DNA of 64,000 nt from assembly GCA_043745805.1 (NCBI GenBank), contig JAYTSD010000020.1, positions 1-64,000 of the forward strand, in the 5' to 3' direction. A program made the position numbers and the translations under genes. This document shows positions 1-7,931 of the stretch, piece after piece (position 1 is the first letter of the stretch; every line of letters begins with the position of its first letter). Below the pieces are notes generated by a model. That model worked only from the letters and a program-made list of their open reading frames with translations, was not told the DNA's origin and did no database searches. Source of the stretch: Fibrobacteria bacterium. GTDB lineage: Bacteria; Fibrobacterota; Fibrobacteria; UBA11236.

Positions 1-472
1 TACTACTAACTCCAATCATGGTCATCCATTAGCAGAAAACTTGCTGAATAGAGATTTCACAGCGTCGCGACCTAATCAAAAGTGGACTCAGGACATTACT
101 TACATTTGGACGAAGGAAGGTTGGCTTTACTTAGCAGTAGTAATTGATCTTTTTTCAAGGATGGTAATAGGCTGGTCGATTGCTGAGCGGATGGGACAAG
201 AGTTAGTGCTCAAAGCCTTTACTATGGCTATTTGTAGAAGAGCGTATCCTGAAGGTATTTTGGTTCATTCAGATAGAGGAAGTCAATACTGTGCGAATGA
301 ATTCCAAAAGTTGTTACGTCAATACTCCATGGTTTGTAGCATGAGTCGTAAAGCAGAATGCTGGGATAACACTCAGCGACAACATTCAACTATCGGCCAT
401 GTTAGCCCAGCCGAGTTTGAGAAGAGGGTTTGTGTTGTTTAACTAAATGTCCGTGAGCAAGCGCGCAGATCA
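1..472 (+). mobile_element. IS3-family insertion sequence, 3' part (runs off the window start); right end at about 472
   Basis: IS3 OrfB motifs, followed after the stop by an IS3-like right terminus ...TGTCCGTGAGCAAGCGCGCAGATCA ending in CA at 471-472. Confidence 0.85.
2..442 (+). pseudogene. IS3-family transposase OrfB (integrase core), 5'-partial, with an internal in-frame deletion
   Basis: Frame open from position 2 ([19 protein letters not shown]); motifs [39 protein letters not shown]. The segment normally carrying the third catalytic Glu (xxESF...) is absent before TQRQHSTIG. Confidence 0.85.
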
Positions 473-520
473 TTTTTATCACGAAACGCTTCAAATTTTT
501 TCTTCATCATAACTTAGAGC

Positions 521-811
521 CTATTTTCGTTTTTTCCAAAACGCTGGTTTTCTATGCAGATGTGCAATAGCATAAATCTCAATAACTTCATCATTTATAC
601 TATAAATCACACCATAAGGAAAATCAGGTAGTATTGCGCGGCGAATATTTTTACCGATTTCTGGATTCAAATTAGAAAAATACTGAAGGCGATAAATTGT
701 AGCTCTAGTTTCAAGAATAAATCTATGTCCGAGTCCGCTTTGTTTTTCTTCATACCATTCAAAAGCACCGCCTATATCTTTTGAGACTTCAGGGTGTATC
801 CAGAAAATCAT
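521..811 (-). CDS. Type II toxin, RelE/ParE family
   Basis: 96 aa from the ATG at 811, which overlaps the antitoxin TGA (ATGA); motifs WYEEKQSGLGHRF, RRAILPDFPYGVIY, IYAIAHLHRKP. Confidence 0.85.
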   Translation of the reverse strand: MIFWIHPEVSKDIGGAFEWYEEKQSGLGHRFILETRATIYRLQYFSNLNPEIGKNIRRAILPDFPYGVIYSINDEVIEIYAIAHLHRKPAFWKKRK

Positions 812-1029
812 TTTTTGTATTTGTCGAAAACCTGTTCGAGAGAAAGCGGCTTTACCTTTCCCGAACGCATTTCTTTTTGGCGGCGTAGAGATTCTTTTAG
901 CCAAGCTTTATCAATTTCTGGATCAGGTCTATCTAACTCGGATAATAAATAATTAAGAACAATCATTTTTTCATTATCCGATAAATCGTCAATTTGTTGT
1001 TTAATTTCTCTTTTGATTTTTACCGCCAT
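808..1029 (-). CDS. Putative addiction-module antitoxin
   Basis: 73 aa, LSDNEKM...IDKAWLKESLRR...SGKVKPLSLEQV pattern typical of addiction-module components; GAGGAG RBS; translationally coupled to the toxin. Confidence 0.85.
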   Translation of the reverse strand: MAVKIKREIKQQIDDLSDNEKMIVLNYLLSELDRPDPEIDKAWLKESLRRQKEMRSGKVKPLSLEQVFDKYKK

Positions 1030-1098
1030 ATACGACTCCTCATATTCAATGAAATTTAACTTTGTCTTTTAGGACTGTCAGAATTTGCACTATGAACT

Positions 1099-1713
1099 TC
1101 ACCCACCCCGCAACACCCTCATCGCCTCCACCAACTCCTCCGGCCTATTCACATTCTGCAAATGCGCTCCCTGTTGCTCCACCTGCACAATCTCCGAACG
1201 AATCAAAAATTTCCGTGGACATTGCAAACCTTCGCCCAAAAACTGCAAAAGCCGAGGGTAACTTTGCGGTTCATAAATAGCACAAAGCGGTTCAGGCAAA
1301 CCATCCTCAGTACTGATATAAGCCGTAGCGAATTTTTGAATATCACGCTGTTGCAATAAATGCGCAATAGCCTCTTCATTCACAAAAGGCAAATCACAAG
1401 CTAAAATCAACCAAGCCGCTTGTCGATGCGCACGAAAAGCCGAAAGAATTCCGCCAAGCGGACCCATATTTAAAAAGCTATCATGAATTTGATTTAAGCC
1501 AACAAAGGTATTTTCCTTCGCTTGCTCCGCGCGGGTAGAAACAAAAACCTTAGCACAGAATTTTTCTAAAAGTTCATAGCCGACTTGCACTTGCGGTTTG
1601 CCATGATAAATCAAAGCCGCTTTATCCCGACCCATACGACTGCTTTTTCCGCCCGCTAAAACCAAACCATACAGCGGAATATCAATAGGAGTATCTTGCA
1701 AGTTACTCATCAA
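1099..1713 (-). CDS. mobA: Molybdenum cofactor guanylyltransferase / NTP transferase
   Basis: LAGGKSSRMGRDKA, GPLGGI, ACDLP, EPLCAIY, NVNRPEE motifs; directly downstream of moaC. Confidence 0.9.
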   Translation of the reverse strand: MMSNLQDTPIDIPLYGLVLAGGKSSRMGRDKAALIYHGKPQVQVGYELLEKFCAKVFVSTRAEQAKENTFVGLNQIHDSFLNMGPLGGILSAFRAHRQAAWLILACDLPFVNEEAIAHLLQQRDIQKFATAYISTEDGLPEPLCAIYEPQSYPRLLQFLGEGLQCPRKFLIRSEIVQVEQQGAHLQNVNRPEELVEAMRVLRGG

Positions 1714-2208
1714 TTATTCAACCTTCAGCTTAAAATCACTTTTGCCACCACTTTTTTGCAAAAGCTTTACTTCACGAATAATCATTTCGTGCGACAATGC
1801 TTTGCACATATCATAAAGCGTCAGCGCCGCTACCGTCGCTCCGGTTAATGCTTCCATTTCCACGCCGGTTTTATGATGGGTAACAGTTTGACAATGTATT
1901 ACGGCCTCTTCCCCTTCCAAATGAATATCCACATGACATTTATCGAGCGGAAGCGGATGGCAAAGCGGAATCAAATTAGAAGTTTGTTTGCAAGCCATAA
2001 TACCCGCTAGAATTGCGGTTTGAAAAACGGGACCTTTAGGGCCTTGGATATCGCCATGGGCGAATTGTTGCAAAATAATTTCCGGCAAAAAAACCCGAGC
2101 TTCCGCTAAAGCTTCACGACGCGTGATTTGCTTATCGCCAACATCAACCATAGTCGGTTGTTTTTGATCATTTAAATGGGTGAAGGCAGTATTGGATTTA
2201 TCGTTCAT
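1714..2208 (-). CDS. moaC: Cyclic pyranopterin monophosphate synthase MoaC
   Basis: MVDVGDK, LIPLCHPL, TGVEMEALTG, LYDMCKA, KSGGKS motifs. Confidence 0.96.
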   Translation of the reverse strand: MNDKSNTAFTHLNDQKQPTMVDVGDKQITRREALAEARVFLPEIILQQFAHGDIQGPKGPVFQTAILAGIMACKQTSNLIPLCHPLPLDKCHVDIHLEGEEAVIHCQTVTHHKTGVEMEALTGATVAALTLYDMCKALSHEMIIREVKLLQKSGGKSDFKLKVE

Positions 2209-2303
2209 AGAGCTAAAATACCTTTTGGCGACAACACCGCCAAATCATCACCAAATCGCCCCTAATTGCCAAAAAAATTATGGGCGATATTTGTGCCACC
2301 CTC

Positions 2304-2309
2304 TATAAT
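2304..2309 (+). promoter_or_regulatory. Candidate -10 box (TATAAT) for a small RNA / leader upstream of the ast operon
   Basis: Perfect TATAAT about 6 nt before the first hairpin; no clear -35. Confidence 0.4.
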
Positions 2310-2314
2310 CAAAA

Positions 2315-2419
2315 GGTGAGCAGGCAAAGGCCCTGCGCTGAAGGTGTACAAACATGCGGTGCGTCTTCAATAAAATCAAAACCTTAAATGAAAAGCCCGG
2401 TCCTGCCGGGCTTTTCTTA
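2315..2419 (+). ncRNA. Candidate ~100-nt structured RNA (sRNA or terminated leader)
   Basis: Stems GCAGG(2320-24)/CCTGC(2332-36) and an 11-bp stem 2339-49/2359-69 with three G-U pairs that form only on the + strand; ends in an intrinsic terminator. Confidence 0.45.
2390..2419 (+). terminator. Intrinsic terminator (possibly bidirectional)
   Basis: GAAAAGCCCGG-TCCTG-CCGGGCTTTTC followed by TTAT. Confidence 0.75.
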
Positions 2420-2572
2420 TTGTCCCCTATTTATCGATTTAATACCGATATTTAAGAGTATAACTTGACTTTCTAGCGTTGTTTTTGAATTATAAATTGA
2501 AGTTAGAGACTTTTGGAATAAACAGGTTTTGCCAATGAAATCAATTAGGCGGAATGGGAATAATTTAAGGCT

Positions 2573-3847
2573 ATGCGCTCTCTCGATTCGGTTTATACAC
2601 CTTATTTAAAAAGCTTAGAAGGTCACAGCGAGTTAGCAATTAGCAGTATTAGCGAGTGGGCACTTATTCATTCGGGTAGTACTAACTTGCATGGACTAGC
2701 GCAAATGGCCGATATTATATTTAAAGCTTTTTCGCCTTTAGCCAAAACGGCGGAAAAAATCAATCTCAAACCTTATACCCAAATCAATAGTTTAGGCCTG
2801 CCTTTTGCACAACCCTTGGGACAAGCTTTGCGCTTTCGTCAAAGGCCCGAAGCGGACAACCAAATTTTTCTCGGCATTCATATGGATGTGGTATATGGAA
2901 AGCATGCAGAACAAAAATCAATTATTCCTGTGCAGCGTAGTGAAGAAAATATTTTACAAGGTTCAGGAACGGCGGATGCAAAAGGGGGAATATGGATAAT
3001 GCTGAAAGCCTTGGAATGCTTAGAAGCCAGCCCCTTCGCTAAAAATTTAGGTTGGGAGGTATTGATTAATCCGGATGAAGAAATTGGCTCGCCAGGATCT
3101 TTACCTTTATTACAAGAAGCGGCGCAGCGCAATCAAATCGGTTTGCTATTTGAACCGGCTTTACCAAATGGATCTTTAGTGAGCGATCGCAAAGGTTCGG
3201 GAAATTTTACTGTGGTGGTGCATGGTCGCAGTGCACATGCAGGACGCAATCCACAAGATGGCCGTAACGCAATTGTTACCTTGTCCGACTTTATCACGGC
3301 CCTAGGGCGGCTTGAAGATTTGGCACCCGAGATTACCGTGAATATGGGGCATATTGAAGGGGGTGGGCCACTTAATCAAGTACCTGCTTTGGCGATTGGG
3401 CGTTTTAATGTGCGCGTGCAAGACGAAGACAAGCAAAAAATGTTCGAAGGGTATTTGCAGGCGATACTCAGTGAATTAAATCTTCGCGATGGTATAAGTG
3501 TGGAATTACATGGGAGTTTTACTTCCCCTCCTAAAAGTATGCATACTCCGCATAGAGAATTGTTACATGCCTTGGCGACTTGTGGAAAAGAGTTAGGCTT
3601 AGATTTACATTGGCATAGCAGCGGTGGTGTTTGTGATGGCAATAAATTAGCAGCTGCCGGATTAGCTAATATCGATAGCTTAGGCGCGCGCGGTGGCAAT
3701 TTACATAGTGATGAAGAGTTTATGTGCATAGATAGTTTAGCAGAAAGATCTAAATTAGTAGCCTTATTCTTAATGAAATTAGGTAATGGAGAATTAACGG
3801 AGGCATTGCCTTCTTTTAAATTGAAGAATAGAGATATCATAAAGTGA
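2573..3847 (+). CDS. M20-family hydrolase, probable succinylglutamate desuccinylase substitute in the ast operon
   Basis: HMDVVY, GTADAKGG, PDEEIGSPGS, FEP, GRSAHAGR, GGVCDGN, LHSDEE metal-binding motifs; first gene of the ast cluster. Confidence 0.85.
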   Translation: MRSLDSVYTPYLKSLEGHSELAISSISEWALIHSGSTNLHGLAQMADIIFKAFSPLAKTAEKINLKPYTQINSLGLPFAQPLGQALRFRQRPEADNQIFLGIHMDVVYGKHAEQKSIIPVQRSEENILQGSGTADAKGGIWIMLKALECLEASPFAKNLGWEVLINPDEEIGSPGSLPLLQEAAQRNQIGLLFEPALPNGSLVSDRKGSGNFTVVVHGRSAHAGRNPQDGRNAIVTLSDFITALGRLEDLAPEITVNMGHIEGGGPLNQVPALAIGRFNVRVQDEDKQKMFEGYLQAILSELNLRDGISVELHGSFTSPPKSMHTPHRELLHALATCGKELGLDLHWHSSGGVCDGNKLAAAGLANIDSLGARGGNLHSDEEFMCIDSLAERSKLVALFLMKLGNGELTEALPSFKLKNRDIIK

Positions 3848-3866
3848 GCTTGATAGGAAAATTAAC

Positions 3867-5264
3867 ATGAAACCTTTATTTGCCGATGATTTAAATCAAG
3901 ATCCAAAAATTATTGAAGCGAAGCGTTTAATTCGGGAAGCAGTAGAAAGTCGCCGTAAAAATTTAACCGGCGTATTACCTTCCGATCCTGAGCGTTTACA
4001 AAGTTATAAAGAGGCAATGAAAGAATTTTCCGAGATGCGCGGCACTAATTTAGTTTATCCCTTTTTAGGCAGTGGCCTTGGAAATGGCGCGTTGGTGGAG
4101 TTGGCGGACGGTAGTGTAAAATATGATTTCATCACTGGCATAGGCGTACATTATTTGGGACATAATTCGTTAACGATTTTAAATGCCTCACTGGACGCGG
4201 CTTTGGAAAACACTTTAATGCAGGGTAACTTACAGCCTAATCGCTGTGCTTTGAAATTCAATAAGCTGATGTTGGAACAAGCCAATTGCCAAGGCGCAGA
4301 TTTTAAACATTGCTTTATCACCAGCAGTGGCGCCATGGCCAATGAAAATGCTTTGAAGGTCCTATTTCAAAAAAACTTTCCCGCCAATCGTTTATTGGTT
4401 TTTGAAAACTGTTTTATGGGCCGTACCATGGTGCTTTCGCAAGCTACCGATAAGCCAGGGTATCGCGAAGGTTTACCGGCTACCATTGCAGTGGACTATG
4501 TGCCTTTCTTTGATCCCGATCATCCGGAAGAAAGTACGCATAAAGCGGTGACGGTTTTACAACAGCATCTTAAACGTTACCCTAAACAATATGCAGCCAT
4601 GAGCTTTGAATTGATACAAGGCGAAGGCGGCGGCTATCAAGTAGGCGAGGAAAAGTTTTTTAAAACCTTAATGAAAATTTTAAAAGAAAATGGCATAGGA
4701 ATTTTAATCGACGAAGTGCAAACCTTTGGGCGTACTTCGGAATTATTCGCTTTTAATCATTTTCATTTGCAGGAATTTGCCGATGTGGTAACGGTGGGAA
4801 AATTAAGCCAAGCCTGCGCCACCTTATTAACTGCGCCTTATAAACCTAAGCCGGGTTTAATCAGCCAAACCTTTACCGCCACCACGGCCGCTATCTATGC
4901 AGGCATAGCCATTATCGAAAGCATAGTGCAAGGTGGATTATTAGGGCCGCAAGGGAAAATCATGGAATTGCATCGCTACTTTGTGGGTAAAATGGAGGCC
5001 TTAGCTGCACGTTACCCTCAAAAATTAGCAGGCCCTTATGGCTTGGGTGGAATGATAGCCTGTACTCCTTTGCAGGGAGAACCCGAGGCCGTAAACGCTT
5101 TTATGGTTGCCTTATATGAAAAGGGTGTCATCGGTTTTACGGCAGGTAGCAAACCGTTACGTGCACGTTTCCTTATGCCTATGGGTATTGTGACGCATGC
5201 CGATATTGATGCGGTAGCGGAGATTTTTGAAAAGGCATTATTAAGTGTAACGGAGAAGAAATAA
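3867..5264 (+). CDS. astC: Class III PLP aminotransferase, probable succinylornithine transaminase (AstC role)
   Basis: SGAMANENALK, FELIQGEGG, DEVQTFGR, TVGK (PLP lysine), SQTF; lies between the hydrolase and astA. Confidence 0.75.
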   Translation: MKPLFADDLNQDPKIIEAKRLIREAVESRRKNLTGVLPSDPERLQSYKEAMKEFSEMRGTNLVYPFLGSGLGNGALVELADGSVKYDFITGIGVHYLGHNSLTILNASLDAALENTLMQGNLQPNRCALKFNKLMLEQANCQGADFKHCFITSSGAMANENALKVLFQKNFPANRLLVFENCFMGRTMVLSQATDKPGYREGLPATIAVDYVPFFDPDHPEESTHKAVTVLQQHLKRYPKQYAAMSFELIQGEGGGYQVGEEKFFKTLMKILKENGIGILIDEVQTFGRTSELFAFNHFHLQEFADVVTVGKLSQACATLLTAPYKPKPGLISQTFTATTAAIYAGIAIIESIVQGGLLGPQGKIMELHRYFVGKMEALAARYPQKLAGPYGLGGMIACTPLQGEPEAVNAFMVALYEKGVIGFTAGSKPLRARFLMPMGIVTHADIDAVAEIFEKALLSVTEKK

Positions 5265-6361
5265 TGGTGATTATTCGTCCGGTACAGTTAAAAGATTTGG
5301 AAGCACTACTTCGTTTGTCTTTGCAAACCAGTTTTGGCTTAACCACTTTGCCGCATGATAAAGAATTATTAAAGCAACGCATACGCGATTCGCTGCATGC
5401 CTTTACTAAACTCGATGCCAAGCTCGATGGCAAATTAGACGGGAAAGGGCAGGGCGAGGCTTTCCTTTTTGTGATGGAAGATTTAACTACCCATAAAGTG
5501 TTGGGAACTACCGGTATAGTTTCTAAAGTCGGCGGCTTTGAACCTTTTTATGCCTATCGACTCGAAAAGGAAATGCATGTTTCGGAAACGTTGCAGAGTC
5601 GTAAAGAAATTCCCTACTTGCAATTGATTAGTGAACATAATGGTCCGAGCGAAATTGGCAGTTTATTTTTATCACCGAATTATCGCGGAGGAGGCAATGG
5701 ACGTTTATTGTCGCTATGTCGTTTTATATTTATGGCGGAGTATCGCAAATTTTTCGATGCGACGGTATTGGCGGAAATGCGTGGTACTATTGATGATAAA
5801 GGGCATGCCCCTTTTTGGGATGGACTAGGCCGGCATTTTTTCGGCATTGATTTTCCGAAGGCCGATTATTTAAGCATGAAAGACAAACGCATCATCGCGG
5901 AATTAATGCCACGGCATCCGATTTATATTCCTTTATTAACTAAAGCCGCGCAAGCGGTAATCGGTAAGGTGCATACGCATAGTGCCCCGGCACTAAAGCT
6001 TTTGGAAGGCGAAGGCTTTGCTCGTAATGGCATGATTGATATTTTTGAAGCGGGGCCGATTGTCAGTTGCGTGGTGGAAGACATACGCACGGTACGTGAC
6101 AGTCAAGTTACCACGGTGGCTAAAATTTCAATTCGAAAATTCGATTCGGATTTTTATTTGATTGCGCAATTCAACCCTAATTTTCGAGTTTGTGCGGCTC
6201 CTTTAGCGATAATCCCGGGTAAGGGCGTAGAAATTTCTTCCCAAACGGCCAAAGCTCTTAAAGTGAAAGTGGGAAGCGTTTTGCGCATAGCCCCTTTATA
6301 TTCTTGCTCAAACTCTTCTTCGCATACTTCCTCTTCCAAGAAAAAATCTCGCGGTAAATAA
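5264..6361 (+). CDS. astA: Arginine N-succinyltransferase
   Basis: GLTTLP, FLFVMED, EPFYAYR, SEIGSLFLSP, LLSLCRF, AEMRG, PFWDGLGRHFF, DIFEAGP. Confidence 0.95.
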   Translation: MVIIRPVQLKDLEALLRLSLQTSFGLTTLPHDKELLKQRIRDSLHAFTKLDAKLDGKLDGKGQGEAFLFVMEDLTTHKVLGTTGIVSKVGGFEPFYAYRLEKEMHVSETLQSRKEIPYLQLISEHNGPSEIGSLFLSPNYRGGGNGRLLSLCRFIFMAEYRKFFDATVLAEMRGTIDDKGHAPFWDGLGRHFFGIDFPKADYLSMKDKRIIAELMPRHPIYIPLLTKAAQAVIGKVHTHSAPALKLLEGEGFARNGMIDIFEAGPIVSCVVEDIRTVRDSQVTTVAKISIRKFDSDFYLIAQFNPNFRVCAAPLAIIPGKGVEISSQTAKALKVKVGSVLRIAPLYSCSNSSSHTSSSKKKSRGK

Positions 6362-6362
6362 T

Positions 6363-7874
6363 ATGATCAATGGTAAACATTTTATTGCCGGTAAATGGCA
6401 AAAAGGAAGAGGGCCTTCTTTCACCTCCACAAATCCTGCAACGGGCAGAATGCATTGGCAAGGTTTTGAAGCCGAGCTTGAGGAGGTTAATGCGGCTGTA
6501 GAAGCGGCTAGGCAAGCGCAAAAAGAGTGGAGTTTATTTTCCTTAGAAAAACGTGCCAGTTACCTACAAAAATTTGCCGAATCGGTAACGGCTCAACGTG
6601 CGGATTTGGCGGAAACCATTTCACGCGAAACGGGAAAACCCAAATGGGAGGCCGAACAGGAAGTCGATACCCTAATTGCTAAAGTAGGCAATTCATTAGA
6701 AGCCTATCGCGATCGCTGCACGGAAATTTCTTTTCCTCTAGGTGGAACAGGAGGATCGGGCGGATCAGGTGGAGCAGTTGTATCGGGACAAGCGCAAGCT
6801 CACAAACGCTTTCGCGCCTTGGGTATAGTCGCCGTATTAGGGCCTTTTAATTTACCGGCACATTTACCGCATAGCCATATTATTCCGGCTTTATTAGCCG
6901 GCAATACGGTAGTGTTTAAACCCAGCGAACTCGCGCCTTGGGTGGGCGAAAAATTATTAGCCCTATGGGAAACGGCGGAGTTACCTCTTGGAGTTTTAAA
7001 TATGGTACACGGTGGACGCAGTACTGGTGAATTTTTAGCCAATCATCCATATTTGCATGGCATATTTTTCACCGGAAGTTATGCGGCGGGAATTGCTTTG
7101 CATAAATTATGTGCTGGACAACCGGAAAAAATGTTGGTTTTGGAAATGGGTGGTAATAATCCGCTTATTGTTTGGGAGCCTGTTTCCTTGGAAGCCGCGG
7201 CTTTGCTGACTATACAAAGTGCCTTTATCACATCAGGCCAACGCTGTGTTTGCGCGCGACGACTTATTATACCGGATAATGCCCAAGGCGAAGCTTTTCT
7301 AAAAGTGTTACTCGAAAAAACCCGCCATTTGCGCGTGGGACATTTTGGTGATGCCCATGAACCCTTTATGGGTCCGGTGATTTCTGCGTTAGCAGCGGAG
7401 CGTTTACTGAAAGCGCAAGAAAAAATGATTTGGAGCGGCGCTCAAATTATCTTGCCCTTGCAAACTATGCCTTTGGGTCCGGCCTTTTTATCGCCAGGTA
7501 TTTTAGATGTTACGGGTATGACAGAGCGTTTGGATGAAGAATGGTTTGGTCCGCTTTTACAAGTGATTCGCGTAGCGAATTTTTCCATGGCTATTGCCGA
7601 AGCTAATAAAACTCGCTTTGGCTTGACGGCTGGCCTAATAGGAGGCAGCGCGGAACAGTATCTTCAATTTCGACAAAGCATAAAAGCAGGAATCGTGAAT
7701 TGGAATAGACCGATTACCGGGGCTAGTGGCAAATTACCTTTTGGCGGCTTAGGGCAAAGTGGAAATCATCGACCCAGCGCCTATTATGCCGCTGATTATT
7801 GCGCGGATCCGATGGCATCCCTAGAAAATGAAAGCTTGCAAATGCCAGAGAATTTGCCTCCTGGCTTAAGTTAA
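6363..7874 (+). CDS. astD: Succinylglutamate-semialdehyde dehydrogenase
   Basis: GPFNLPAHLP, FKPSE, FTGS, LEMGGNNP, TSGQRCVCARR, SGNHRPSAYYAADYCA. Confidence 0.95.
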   Translation: MINGKHFIAGKWQKGRGPSFTSTNPATGRMHWQGFEAELEEVNAAVEAARQAQKEWSLFSLEKRASYLQKFAESVTAQRADLAETISRETGKPKWEAEQEVDTLIAKVGNSLEAYRDRCTEISFPLGGTGGSGGSGGAVVSGQAQAHKRFRALGIVAVLGPFNLPAHLPHSHIIPALLAGNTVVFKPSELAPWVGEKLLALWETAELPLGVLNMVHGGRSTGEFLANHPYLHGIFFTGSYAAGIALHKLCAGQPEKMLVLEMGGNNPLIVWEPVSLEAAALLTIQSAFITSGQRCVCARRLIIPDNAQGEAFLKVLLEKTRHLRVGHFGDAHEPFMGPVISALAAERLLKAQEKMIWSGAQIILPLQTMPLGPAFLSPGILDVTGMTERLDEEWFGPLLQVIRVANFSMAIAEANKTRFGLTAGLIGGSAEQYLQFRQSIKAGIVNWNRPITGASGKLPFGGLGQSGNHRPSAYYAADYCADPMASLENESLQMPENLPPGLS

Positions 7875-7931
7875 TATGCATTTCAAAAACCAATAGGCAG
7901 CATTAGTAAAGCATTAGTATGAATAATAGTA

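Noticed and set aside
521-904. 127-aa version of the toxin ORF
   Set aside because: The extension overlaps the antitoxin; the ATGA-coupled start at 811 gives a normal-sized toxin
2280-2387. 35-aa ORF MGDICATLYNQKVSRQRPCAEGVQTCGASSIKSKP as an ast leader peptide
   Set aside because: No RBS, starts upstream of the TATAAT box, only two Arg; the RNA structure explains the region better. Not fully excluded.
2385-2416. AAAAGCCCGG resembling the 3' end of a guanidine-I (ykkC) riboswitch, or a Moco riboswitch for moaC
   Set aside because: Lacks CUAGGGUUCCG and the following GAG; the sequence is simply the terminator arm. No Moco-motif elements were seen on the minus strand.
2484-2501. ARG-box-like TGAATTATAAATTGA upstream of ast
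   Set aside because: Spacing and right half deviate from TGAAT-N4-ATTCA, and it is a single copy in AT-rich DNA
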